64,000 bases of DNA. It comes from Minutocellus sp. GHC0000111. Its lineage: Eukaryota. Shown one piece after another: positions 35,823 through 46,799 of the stretch. Positions within the stretch are counted from its first letter, which is position 1. Every line of letters begins with the position of its first letter. The position numbers were made by a program, and so were the translations under genes. The stretch is from positions 62,001-126,000 of the forward strand of contig OZ361258.1 in the NCBI GenBank assembly GCA_977018835.1, written 5' to 3'. The notes under the pieces were generated by a model. The model saw only the letters and a list, made by a program, of their open reading frames with translations. It did not search any database and was not told the DNA's origin.

Positions 35823-37052
35823 TTATGCATTTTCCTCTTCTTCTTCCTCTTCATCTTGATGACCAGGGATGAATCCAACATATCGTTCACCTTTATCATT
35901 TGGATAAATGAACCTAATGCAAAAGACTAGACAGGTTGGCAAGGGCTTCCGATCAAGCCAACCTCTCACATGATACACCTCAGTTGCATAGTACCAATAC
36001 AGCATGTTCCTCTTCAAATTATTTGCCATGGCTTCGACTGGCATGGTGGTTGCGTAGTATTTGTCAGCGATATCCTCCAGGTCCTCCTCCGTCGGCACCA
36101 GCATTTCTTCGCAGACGCATTTCTGAAAGAAGAGTGTGCCGTACATTGAGCAGCTTCGGTTGGCGGTAGTGCAGCAAGCAGGGGGTATTGGCGGCCTCTC
36201 TCTGGTCTCGTCCCAATTACCGAATGTGTCTGCCTCCGGCGCTGCCGTCGGATCATCGTCGGCTTCCTCACAAACGGCCGCAACAAGAGCATCCGTGTCC
36301 GATCTGATCGCTGCTGATGGCCCACCATCTACCTGCAGAAGTTGGCCCATTCCAACAATATCAAAATCAACTAGTCCAATCCCAGCAGTAGAGTGTATGT
36401 CATCATATGGAGCCACATGCCATCGGTGGAACTTTGTCAATTTGATCACATGGCCCTGTTGTAGACTTCGGGCCTTTTCGGTAATTGTCAGGGCAACACG
36501 AGCGACGATAAGCTTTCCGCTTCCATCAAGCAAAGTAAGCGATGTGGTGTTGAAAGGTCGGCCGTGCGCAGCAAGAGCCGATCCAATATCGATCCGTTTC
36601 CCATGAAGTTGAAATATAGGGAAGAATTCAGGTCCGGCGTCAAACATGGGATCTTGCAATTGATCGACGATGCCGACCGTCAGCCTCAACTTCACATCAG
36701 CCACGGACAGGTTGGCAACTACGAGGCCGGGCCGCTCAGCAGCGACATCAATATCATCCCGAACATGATACTTATCAGCGCGAGCCTCGACTGCTTTGAC
36801 AAGATGTTGAAGTGCATGGCCGACGCCGGGATTGTTCCATAATTCTCGTCCTTGTCCGTTCGGGTCGTTCTCCAACGTGACGGCGAGGCCCTCCAGTATC
36901 TCGGTAACGGCGTCTTTCGCTTTGTCCTCCGCCTTCTCTTTCTTCTTGTCAACAGGCAAAATCGGGCGACCGGAGTTATCTGTCTTGAGTTTCCGCAACC
37001 GCGTATCTGCGTTGTGGGCCGGGCCGGCACTATTATCAGCGCTGCGCTTCAT
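35823..37052 (-). CDS. KolX-like accessory protein (P2X7 C-terminal-like motif) with central OB-fold-like region
   Basis: NNLKRNMLYWYYA...RKPLPTCLVFCIRFIYPNDKGERYVGF fits the N..R...Y...R..LP.C.V..IR..FP..G.Y.GF signature, preceded by a Cys cluster; LTLLDGSG...LQQGHVIKLTKF resembles RPA-type OB folds. Confidence 0.8.
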   Translation of the reverse strand: MKRSADNSAGPAHNADTRLRKLKTDNSGRPILPVDKKKEKAEDKAKDAVTEILEGLAVTLENDPNGQGRELWNNPGVGHALQHLVKAVEARADKYHVRDDIDVAAERPGLVVANLSVADVKLRLTVGIVDQLQDPMFDAGPEFFPIFQLHGKRIDIGSALAAHGRPFNTTSLTLLDGSGKLIVARVALTITEKARSLQQGHVIKLTKFHRWHVAPYDDIHSTAGIGLVDFDIVGMGQLLQVDGGPSAAIRSDTDALVAAVCEEADDDPTAAPEADTFGNWDETRERPPIPPACCTTANRSCSMYGTLFFQKCVCEEMLVPTEEDLEDIADKYYATTMPVEAMANNLKRNMLYWYYATEVYHVRGWLDRKPLPTCLVFCIRFIYPNDKGERYVGFIPGHQDEEEEEEENA

Positions 37053-37380
37053 CGTAATGAAGAGGGGGCAGAGCGGCGATTCTCATGGTGGGGTCGAGTT
37101 TTTGTCATGCTTCGCTCGTCATAAGAAATAAGAATAAGGGGGATTAAAAACGGGGAAAATTATGGACAGCGCCCTCTTAATTCTCTCCGCACTTGCGTAT
37201 CTTCTTTGCGTCAGTATTCGGAGTTACTGTTCCGTCCTCCTGCCACCTCGCTTCATTGCATTGATCAGTGTACTAGTATCAGCAAGCCAAGATTTTGCTC
37301 ATCCCTCCGAACCGCGCTTGTCTCGCCTTTTATTTTTGAATCATCCAACCAACCTGCATCCTCATCATAGAGCGAAAAAC

Positions 37381-37932
37381 ATGTCAACGGTTCAACCACC
37401 AACGAACGAAAGTGCCAATCAAGCACTCGGGCAAGCAAGTGATGGTCACTCAGTGAAATCGAATCAGACAACCAGCAGTCTCGCACTTGTCCCTTACAAC
37501 CCAAATCCCTTCCCGCTCCTCCGTCTTTCTCTCCAAATCCATGATCCTAATCTTCGAAAGCTGATATTCTCAAATGACCTCCTCCCAACTGAAGGTGACA
37601 CGCCCAGCGTAGACGTCCCAAGTTGCATCGTTCCCACCATATTATCGTTCTGCGATGCAGTGACGCTAAGTCGAGCATCCTGCACTTGCCGAGACTGGCG
37701 AACTCTTGCCGCTTGCAACAAGATATGGGAGAACTTGTGCAGAAAGAAATTCGGTGTCAGTGCTGATTGCATCAACCCAAAGCCCGATCCGACCAAGATG
37801 TTATATGTGTTGACTCATCGCTCTTTGAAGGAGGCCTGTCGATCGGACATCAATCCCTTCACGGGACGAGCTAGACAATCTGGATTGCGAGGGGCTTTGG
37901 GGCAACGAATTCCCATTGCCGCCATGCTTTAA
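37381..37932 (+). CDS. F-box protein
   Basis: VPSCIVPTILSFCDAVTLSRASCTCRDWRTLAACNKIWENLCRKKF F-box pattern. Confidence 0.8.
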   Translation: MSTVQPPTNESANQALGQASDGHSVKSNQTTSSLALVPYNPNPFPLLRLSLQIHDPNLRKLIFSNDLLPTEGDTPSVDVPSCIVPTILSFCDAVTLSRASCTCRDWRTLAACNKIWENLCRKKFGVSADCINPKPDPTKMLYVLTHRSLKEACRSDINPFTGRARQSGLRGALGQRIPIAAML

Positions 37933-38142
37933 TTAGATTGTGACACACGAAGGGAGAGAAAGAGAGAACGCCTTAATTTTTTTTTTTTTTTTTTTGCCGT
38001 CAAGTGTCTCAGAAGTTAGCCGACAATGAATTTGCATGGCAGGATTTTGTCTTTGTAGCAACTGTCACGTTTTCAATAAATGTAACTAGTATTAGTGTTA
38101 GAGAAACACGATGAACAGCACAATGCCTTGGCATGGCCTCGA

Positions 38143-39246
38143 TCAAACTTTGGCATCATACATCGGCACTTCCTCATTAGCCACTGGCGTCTCAGTCGTC
38201 TCCTCGACTGTTTGCGATCCGTCGGCATTTACCGTGATTGTTTTTGTTACTACAGTCCCATCTGCGTGTTCTACTTTCTCAACTGTAACTGTCCCAGGAA
38301 CAGGCCCAGCGGCGGTAGCAGTCGCATGTGGCAGCATGTCTCCACCTTTGTCTCCGCCCGCATCCTCACTTCGCGCCGCACAGAAGAGCAACGAGGCACC
38401 GACATAAGCCAAGAGAGCTCCGATTGCCAAACCTCCACCCGTCGAGAAGGAACAACTTGTACTAACCGTGCATACCTCGGAGCTGTTGATAAGAAATATG
38501 CAGCCCACGAGAATGGCCTGGATGAGGGCAAGGACCGACAAAGCAATCCGAATTGGTCTAATAGCGAGGCATCCGCAGCAGAAACCACACCAACTGAAAA
38601 CCATGCAGCAAAATGCCATGAAGGAAGCGATGCCGGTTGTAATCCTGGTAATTTTGATAAATGCGAAGAGAAAGTTGAGTATTTTACATGCAGCATCAAG
38701 TCAATACATTTTTTATGCCGCACGACATAGTTATCCAAAACTGCCACCAAACTCACCTCGCGGCATTCATCCTGCTGTCCACCCAATACGAGAAGTTCGA
38801 GGTTAGAGTGGTGTACTCAAAGATGTAGCAGTACGAATTGCCCCACGCATCCGATCCCTCGAATGTGTACAGGCCGAGGCCGGTCACGAGGACACTGTCG
38901 TTCTCCGTATCGCGGAAACCATCAGTTGCAACTAGCCGGCAGGTGCTAAGCGCGGCCACATTGAGCGCCCACCCGATGGATAGAAAGCACGTGGCCAGTA
39001 CGGTGGCGATTCCGCCGGATGCTTTGCTGAGAGAAAGAAGGAGGGTATGTATGCAGGAGAAAAGAGTGAGAGAGTGAAAGATTCGATTCGATCCATTCGA
39101 TTGCTGCAACTTTTCCCCCACAATGTTGTGGATCACTCTCTTTCGCATCCCGCAAAAAGTCCCTCCGTCCCAAGAGCCGAAGAAGGATGCTCATGCATAC
39201 ATGCCTCAATCAACAGAGTGACTTACATATCGCAACAACCTGCCAT
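38143..39246 (-). CDS. Small multi-pass membrane protein (claudin/amastin-like topology); introns 39027-39226 and 38645-38756
   Basis: MAGCCD|IKASGGIATVL...GLGLY...DSRMNAAR|ITTGIASFMAFCC; four hydrophobic segments; T/V/K-rich tail; canonical splice sites. Confidence 0.7.
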
Positions 39247-39556
39247 GTTTCTTTGGTAGAGCCATTGACCGAGAGGCGGCGCCCGGCGGCGGGCTTTTTC
39301 CTTCTCCCTTCTCGCCTTCTCTTTCTTTTCTTCCTTTTTCATAAAATTCAAATTGGAAGGCGCGCGAGCAAACGATGGCGGCCATGCATGCTGGCTCTGC
39401 TCTCTCATCCAGATGATCGGCACTACTTGCTTTTTGAACGCCGGCCGCCGTTGCTTATTATTAGCTGACTATCTAGTACGAGTACTACTCTAGACTAGCT
39501 AGTACGTAAGTAGTATCTCTTACGTAGCTGGTCGCTTGATTCAATCATTCGAAACC

Positions 39557-40444
39557 ATGAGTTCCAATACCGGTGGTGGTACGCTCCCCCCTCCAATGCG
39601 TGCCCGTCTCACGCGCGAGCTGTCCCGGTTGCAGAACGACCCACCTCCCGGAATCGCCGCCTATGCACCCAATGCCGCCGACCCATCACACCTCCGGGCT
39701 CAAATCACGGGACCTCCGGGAGGGCCGTACGCCGGCGGAATTTTCCTGGTGACCATCCGCTTCACCTCGCGCTATCCGTTCGAGCCGCCCCGGGTCCGCT
39801 TCGTCACTCCCGTCCACCATCCCAACGTGGACTCGGCCGGGCGCATCTGCCTCGATACGCTCAAATCACCTCCGGCCGGCAGTTGGAGTCCGGCCGTGTC
39901 GCTGCCTAGTTTGCTCACAACCCTCCGGACGTTGCTGAGTGATCCCAACCCCGACGATGCTCTCGTTCCTGAGATTGCCGACGTGTACAAGAGCCAGCCC
40001 AAGCGATTCGAGGAGGAGGCGAGGCGAGTCACCCAGCGAGAAGCCACAGCGGAGAGAGTGGCGGCTCTCGAGATGGAATTGGATGGCAATGGCAATGGTA
40101 AGAAGAAGGCCGATGCCACTGCTGCTGTTGCTGCTACTGGTACCAGTACGGCAGGCATAAGCAAGAAGGAGAACGCTGGATCTGGAGAGCAGCAGGACCA
40201 GGAGAAGAGGTCAGGTGCCACTGTTGCCGATGCCAAGGGAGAGCCCAACCCAGCCGAGGAATCCGGGGACAATGCCGACGGCGCAGAAAAGAAGAGATCT
40301 GCTGATGGGTTTGAGAAGGAGGAAGGTCGAGGAGGAAAGAAACAGCGGGTTGATCCCGGGAATGATCATACCACCGTCGACGAGCAAGCACCCACCACCG
40401 CCGGAGGCACTACTGCCAACGCGACGTCGGCCCTGGAGCAGTGA
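39557..40444 (+). CDS. UBE2T: Ubiquitin-conjugating enzyme E2, UBE2T-like
   Basis: YPFEPPRVRFVTPVHHPNVDSAGRICLDTLKSPPAGSWSP, with the PP.G.W insertion typical of UBE2T; charged C-terminal extension. Confidence 0.85.
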   Translation: MSSNTGGGTLPPPMRARLTRELSRLQNDPPPGIAAYAPNAADPSHLRAQITGPPGGPYAGGIFLVTIRFTSRYPFEPPRVRFVTPVHHPNVDSAGRICLDTLKSPPAGSWSPAVSLPSLLTTLRTLLSDPNPDDALVPEIADVYKSQPKRFEEEARRVTQREATAERVAALEMELDGNGNGKKKADATAAVAATGTSTAGISKKENAGSGEQQDQEKRSGATVADAKGEPNPAEESGDNADGAEKKRSADGFEKEEGRGGKKQRVDPGNDHTTVDEQAPTTAGGTTANATSALEQ

Positions 40445-41857
40445 GTATGTCGTATATGTCAGGTCAATCGATTTGAATGGGAAATGGAGGGATGACTCCT
40501 TTATTTGACCAGCGAAGATGGTCCTCAACCAGCGAAGACGCAGATCAGCCCTTGGTGGCAGCATTTATCTGAGAGGTAATAGAGGTAATTGCCGTGCTTC
40601 ACCCGCCACAATTTCACAGCGATGATGGATTTTGGCGTGTAGCCAAGATATCATTCATCGGTCCTCTCTTGCCTTGGAATGTAGCCTAGCTAGAGGAAGG
40701 TACATGTACCACATGAAACATACTAAGAGCGCTATTAGATCTGGTGCATCATTCACTCTTATGCGGTAATCTCCTATTCACTGTTATTATGTTTATCTGT
40801 ATCTGCATTGGACCAGCTAGAAGCATGCATCTTGCATGCATAAGAATTGAGATAATGGGCCTTGTCCCTCCCAGCGGGATGATTCCACCCACGCTGATTG
40901 ACCAGTACAAGCATTGTGATACATAACACACACAGGAGGAGGGTATCGAATAAGAGTGTCTAAAGTTAGCAGATCATGGCGATCCAGGAAATTTATCGCA
41001 TTGGATGGATCTACCATCATATTGACACAATGAGTACACGTTGCTTTATGCCTCGGGCGGGTGGATCTCCTCCTCATTAGCCAAATTCAGCAAAAATGCA
41101 TCTAATATTAAAAATGGCTGCATACATACTAGCTAGCTACTAGCTAGCTAGATCTAGTAGTACTTTCCATGATTGTTTCTTCACTGCATGGCACTGGTAT
41201 TCCTCGTCCTTCTCCGCCTTCTTGCGGTACAGTGCCACTGCATCTGAGCAGCGAAAGAAAGATCTGCTGAGGGCTGAGGAGGAGCGGGTAGGAGCAAAAT
41301 CGGCCAGCAAGGCTCACACAGAGGGGCAGATGCCCAAGATCGCCGTTGCGGGGCACGCACACGCGGGATTTCGTTCAGAAGACGGGAGTAGGCGAATCCT
41401 GCATATCTCGAAAGTTCCGGAAGCTCATACTACGTAGCTACGTAGTAAGCCCAGTCATCCAATTCAGCGCTGCGTCATCGCATGACAACTGCCCCAGTAT
41501 CTGCCCCTGTGTAAGAAGGGCTATTTTGGGAGGAGCAATTTTTATTGCAGCCTGGAGGCTAAAAGGGTGGTGTTGAGAGTAAAAATACTACTCAAATACC
41601 ACTGGATGAGGGATGTGACATTTGTGTGTAGGCTTTGCTGTGCTGGCATAAAGCATTCGAACGAATGCGCCACATCCACACACCTACTAGCTAGTACTAT
41701 CCGGCACACGGGCGCATCACGGGAGCACTCGCCTGCACTAATTCAAGCGCACACAAGAAGTACAATTACATTGTACAACCTCCATCCTCCAGTCGAATCG
41801 TTGAAGTACTCGGCTCTCGAACAATAACCCGATTCTTCCATCCAACAACGCGCCAAC

Positions 41858-42616
41858 ATGAATCATCAACACAGCAATAGCTCAATGCCTCGTTGTTCTG
41901 CGAGAAACGAAATGATCAAAATTCTTTCATCCGTTGGCGAGAGTCCCTACAAAGTTCTTTCTTACCCTGCGCTCGATGCTGTCAATACTGACACGGCCAC
42001 ACAGAAAGTAGAATCCAATGCACATAGCAAGTCGGTTCGCTTCGACACTGTTGAAATACGAGAATGCCCCTACGTCCTTGGCGACAATCCATCTGTCAGT
42101 GCTGGTCCACCTCTTTCCATCGGTTGGGACCCGCAGGATGAGTTCACCGTCGGTTTCGACGAGTACGAGGCCGGAAAGCCCACAAGGCCTCGAGACATCT
42201 ACGAGATGAGGTTTGACGAGACCTTACGTCTTCTCATCTTACAGAGCAGTGGTTACATGTACACCATTAGAGAAATTGCACAAGCAGCTATCGATGTTCG
42301 TATCATCCAACACCATCGTGAAGAGACCGCACAGTCAAGTCTTCGAGCACAAAGACTGCAGCAAACCAAAAAGGCTCTTCGAAGCAAGCTTCCTCGATTT
42401 TCCTTCATTGGGGGCCAGAGCTTTGGCAACAAGGGCGACTTCAGCGAATCGTCATCATTGCCATTGCCCGCACCTTTACCACCTCCTCCACCCCTCAAGA
42501 AAAGTCCAACCATGGGCGACATGGCAGGTCTCATTCATCATGCCAACAACAATCTCGCTCTGAACAAGTGCAACATCATTCCAACAAACAAGAACTATGC
42601 TAATCCACAAGCTTGA
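41858..42616 (+). CDS. Diatom 'VRF..V.IREY...LGDNPSVS.GPP.SIGW' family protein
   Basis: KSVRFDTVEIRECPYVLGDNPSVSAGPPLSIGW...FDEYE motif. Confidence 0.75.
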   Translation: MNHQHSNSSMPRCSARNEMIKILSSVGESPYKVLSYPALDAVNTDTATQKVESNAHSKSVRFDTVEIRECPYVLGDNPSVSAGPPLSIGWDPQDEFTVGFDEYEAGKPTRPRDIYEMRFDETLRLLILQSSGYMYTIREIAQAAIDVRIIQHHREETAQSSLRAQRLQQTKKALRSKLPRFSFIGGQSFGNKGDFSESSSLPLPAPLPPPPPLKKSPTMGDMAGLIHHANNNLALNKCNIIPTNKNYANPQA

Positions 42617-43091
42617 ATTTGGTTCAGTTGCTGTACCTAGGCCTAGGCACCGACATGGTGTGGCTTGCCACACCAGGCACCATTTTTCACCGAGGGGCCA
42701 ATTTTGGCTTCGTCGGGTCTATTCGCTTCGTCGTCACATTTCACCTGCAACATGCAGAAATTATAAATTTTTATTGATCCACTTATTCATGTTTATTACC
42801 GGTTGGTATATATCTAGACTCTAGCTAGTTAGACGCGTGAACGACGAGATGATTGAACTGAGCGAGCGATTTGCGGCGTGTAGATGTCTACTGCACTACC
42901 TCTGCTTATGCTTCTATCTAACAAGAGCTACTACATGCGTCGTTGGTAGTTCGCTGGGATTTGACCGTTGGAGTTCGTTCCAACGATCACCTAGATCTAA
43001 CCCGCCTACTAGTGACATTCTTTGCTGATTTGTAATACATGTACATGTATGTGTTCAATGTATAATATATATTATATATATATATGTTAGT

Positions 43092-43760
43092 CCCAAAATG
43101 CGCACTGTCCCAGTTCGCGAACTGGGATCCCAGTTTGCGAACTGAGATTCATTTATCCCAGTTTGCGCACTGGGCCCCAGTTCCCAAACTAGGATCCCAG
43201 TTTGCGCACTGTGATACTACCAGAATGTAAACTGAGATAAATAAGCTAATCCGAATATGGGAACCAGACGAGTTCGCGAACTGGAACAAAAATGAATACC
43301 AGTTTGGAAACTGGCATTCTCGGCAAGTGCCAGAATGGTAACTGCCGGTGTTGGCTCATGCACAATGATTATGTACTGGTAGATCTGTCTACAATACAAG
43401 TTGCACTGTGCATCATATCTTGAATTTGCAAGCTACATGTACTGGTACAGTAGCAACATGATGCCGGCATAGCACAGATGCATGTACAGTTCATGACTTA
43501 TATTTGCCAGAAGCAGCTAGCAAGATATTATTATTTATTCACTATATGTATTTAGTATCAGCTAATGCCAATTTATTGAGTATCAGCTCCGGCACTAATG
43601 TCGTCTGGACGTCTGGACCAGGTTTGGGCTGTGTTGCTTCACTATGAAAAAATGAAGCGAGGAGAAGCAAAGGCGATATCATCCATGCTAAATATTCATT
43701 ATTTCTCGATTGATCCCAGTTTGCAAACTGAGATTGTGCCTATGATCCCAGTTTGGAATA
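43092..43760. repeat. Cluster of ~12 degenerate 18-bp palindromic units (CCCAGTTYGCGAACTGGG) between TA-rich tracts; possible MITE
   Basis: About ten units in 43092-43346 and two at ~43714 and ~43747; TA runs at ~43060-43085 and ~43757-43770. Confidence 0.7.
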
Positions 43761-43907
43761 TATATATATACATGTATGTTGTACTAGATCTACTTTTCTT
43801 CTCTCTTTCATCGCCTGATTAGAGTACTCTGTGATTGTTGATCTGCCTGATAAAACACTTCTGTGTACACCTGTAGTAGATCTAGTAGAGACGTCTACAT
43901 GCATATA

Positions 43908-45397
43908 GAGTGATTTCACGAGAGAGCAGACACCCCCTCCGCGATGTTTCGTAAACATTGTACCAACTTCCTTTTATTGATGATCCTTACTCAGAAGGGT
44001 TTTGTAGACCATAATCAACAATAAAAGGAAGTTGGTACAATGATCTTGGTGCACATGATATAGATACGGTATTAGAGTGTTTCTTTTGGTACACTATTGT
44101 TTGAAAATTTATTTTTATGTCGTAGAATACACTTGTGCTGTTTCAAGAAAGAAAAAATACATCAAACTTTATAACGAAACAAAACCCATTTCGTTCAACG
44201 AATGGGGCCACAACATGTGTCGCCGACGTGCCTCCCATTGAGAACAATCAAGACTACGGGGCACCATACCCTTGTAATAGCCTTTCACAACACTGTGGTG
44301 CAGCAGGAGACTTGCAATTACTTTTTTGAGCCTTGAAAAATTCGTTCGCGTTAGACCCGATTTTTTCGACAGTTTCCGACGTTCCATCACGACCATGTTC
44401 GCCCGATGTACAGCACCACCCCGGCCATCGCATACACTCTGACCACCTAGATGCCTTCCTGAATATTACTGGAAGGGATTTTTGGGCGATAGCGGTGCGT
44501 CGGTGCGTGCCTGTACCGCGAAATGTGGCCCAGCGCCATTACCACCCCCATTACACCACCCATCCGATAGTTGGTCCGGATGCTTTTATGCGGTCCATGC
44601 ACCACTTCCGTTGCACTGAGCCGTCGACGCTTCACCCATATATATACCAAGCGCATTTGAGTGGGGGGTGGTGGCATTTCTTGACAATTCATAGAGAAAA
44701 CTATTCCCAAAGTCCCGTGTCTGATGTCGGCACCAGATTTCACCTTCATTGCTTCTGCCGCCCGAGAGGAACGAAACCGGAGAAAGCGGCCAAACCAACA
44801 CGTGAGATCGATGGATGTAATATAGAATGAGCATCGTGCGTGCTGATATTGCGTGAAGGAACAGTGGTTGAGGCTTGAAGGGGGTTGTAGTTGGGGATTT
44901 GCTACTTTCAGATGTTTTTGCTTTCCATGGTGGCGGCCACAATGATACAAAGATGGGGCCCAATATCGACCCTCTGGCGCAAACTTGCTTCCAATATTAC
45001 CCAAGTGAAAGTAATGCCGGTCAGGGAGGAGTGAAATGGATGTAGACAAGCATCAGCCATCATTCTTTGCCATTTTGAGGGTAAAAAAATATTGAAAATT
45101 TCTGGGCATGAGGAGATGTTGCTAAAATTGCACATGATGTACGAATGAGTTTGCTTTCAAGTATGCAATACTCACCTAACGCATGTAGTTGGCGTATACA
45201 TCGGTTGGCTTGGAGTTATTTATCGTTATACCATCATTTGGTGGCCTTCTTGTGGAGATGAATTCTCCTTGCTTTCGCCGTGTTGAGAGAGGCCATTTAG
45301 TGGGTTCATTTTTGCGCTGCATAAAGTATCGCACAAAAAAATTTCCTAGTGCCTTACTATTTACGGCGATTTTGTCGGCGGTCTCGTGGAATCACTC
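43908..45397. mobile_element. Non-autonomous TIR DNA transposon, copy 2 (1490 bp, TSD TATA)
   Basis: Same termini as 22763-24242; TATA at 43904-43907 and 45398-45401; differs by a few substitutions and a 10-bp indel near the right end. Confidence 0.9.
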
Positions 45398-46082
45398 TAT
45401 AGAGTCTACGGCAGAAAATTGTCACACTGGTACATAAAATTAACGGTACATGTACACACTGTGTACAGCTACCGGTACACGTACTACAATGTAGTACATG
45501 TAGCGGCGCCGGGGCGGCAACACCGCCGCACTGCCAGTCATGTGTAGGCTACAGTCCGGCGAGATTGGGCGCGCACACAAGATGCTGACGCGCCTCGCCT
45601 GCCTTCTGCGCTCTGCTGCCTGCTGTGCGGCGCCCCCCCCGCCTGGTAATACTTAAGCCCTGTGTCAGAATCGATTCAGGAATGATGTTTTGTGTGGATA
45701 TCATTTCAATCATATCTGCGAAATATCAAACGGGAGCAAAACAAGGCTCCATAAGTAATGAACCGTTGGTGCCGCTCTACTGTGCACATCCCACATCCCG
45801 CACACATCCTTCACTCGTACTCATTCTGATGGCTGGCTGCTACTCGCACCTTTTTAGAGCCACTGATTTGCTGCAAATCGACCGTTCAACTTCCCACCAA
45901 TCTTTTAAAGGTAGGAAGGAATCGAATCCTAGCATCGACCTCACATGTGTGTCTCGAGATTTTGACTGACTTAAGCGCGATAGTCCTACTCTACATTCCT
46001 CGATTTGCCCTTGGTGTGTGTGCACAACACTTTTTACATAATTGAAACGGACATTCAAGCACACAAGCACCTTCTACGCGAA

Positions 46083-46778
46083 ATGACAGTTCATCGAAGA
46101 GGTTCAGTTAGTTCCTTCAAGCTTCTACGCAGAAGTTCCACCAATAGTTGCGTCAGCAGCACCCCTGCCATCCATGGCGACGATTCTGACCAATCCATCA
46201 GCACTGACACATCGAATTTCCACAAGAAAACATCAAAAGTGGCAAAGAGGGTGCGTTTTGATAAGATATTTGTTCGAGAATATCCTTTAATATTGGGTAA
46301 CAATTTTTGCTCTGTTGGCCCATCTCTGCAACTGGGGTGGGTGCCAATATCAGAATACGAAATCGATCTCGAAAAATATGAAGAGGCCAAACCTCCAGCG
46401 AGGTCGAAGACCGAATTAGTAATTCCTCCGCAAATAAAGGTCACCATCCTCCAGAGTAATGGCTACACTCTCAGGGAGATTGCATGTGCCATCCAACAAC
46501 AGGAAACTAACGCCACCGAGCAGAATCGGAAAAACAAGAGGGGCAGAATCCGTAAAAAAACTGGAATCATTCGGGACTTTGCAGTCTCGTTCTTTTGCAA
46601 CCCTGACGCAAATGAAGTACACCGCGAGATCTCCCTCTCAACGACGACACGAAGCTCCATGAGTCTCGATTATGTAGAACTATGTAACGTTCTAAGCTTT
46701 TCTTTAATTTTCTTGTATGAATATATATTATTGTTACTTTTAAATGAATTATTATACACCGATACCCACCAATATTAA
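46083..46778 (+). CDS. Second member of the 'VRF..I.VREY...LG.N...GP...LGW' family (3' end uncertain)
   Basis: KRVRFDKIFVREYPLILGNNFCSVGPSLQLGW...LEKYEEAKP...ILQSNGYTLREIA, colinear with the 41858 protein. Confidence 0.7.
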   Translation: MTVHRRGSVSSFKLLRRSSTNSCVSSTPAIHGDDSDQSISTDTSNFHKKTSKVAKRVRFDKIFVREYPLILGNNFCSVGPSLQLGWVPISEYEIDLEKYEEAKPPARSKTELVIPPQIKVTILQSNGYTLREIACAIQQQETNATEQNRKNKRGRIRKKTGIIRDFAVSFFCNPDANEVHREISLSTTTRSSMSLDYVELCNVLSFSLIFLYEYILLLLLNELLYTDTHQY

Positions 46779-46799
46779 ATAGTCAACAAAGCATAGATT

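Larger units (their letters stand above)
33444..37176. mobile_element. Kolobok-like DNA transposon (3733 bp), 17-bp perfect TIRs, TTAA TSD
   Basis: TTAA(33440-33443)+GAGGGCGCTGTCCATAA ... TTATGGACAGCGCCCTC+TTAA(37177-37180); convergent transposase and KolX-like ORFs inside. Confidence 0.9.

Noticed and set aside
33444..37176. piggyBac or Sola3 assignment based on the TTAA TSD
   Set aside because: Termini are not CCY as in piggyBac; short TIRs, the transposase motifs and the convergent KolX-like gene fit Kolobok better than Sola3.
37977..37995. Poly-T run as a retrocopy tail
   Set aside because: No TSD or adjacent processed gene seen; it lies in the 3' region between convergent genes.
43092..43346. 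CRISPR-like array of palindromic repeats
   Set aside because: Units are degenerate and often abut with 1-2 bp between them; no regular unique spacers, no cas genes, eukaryotic context.
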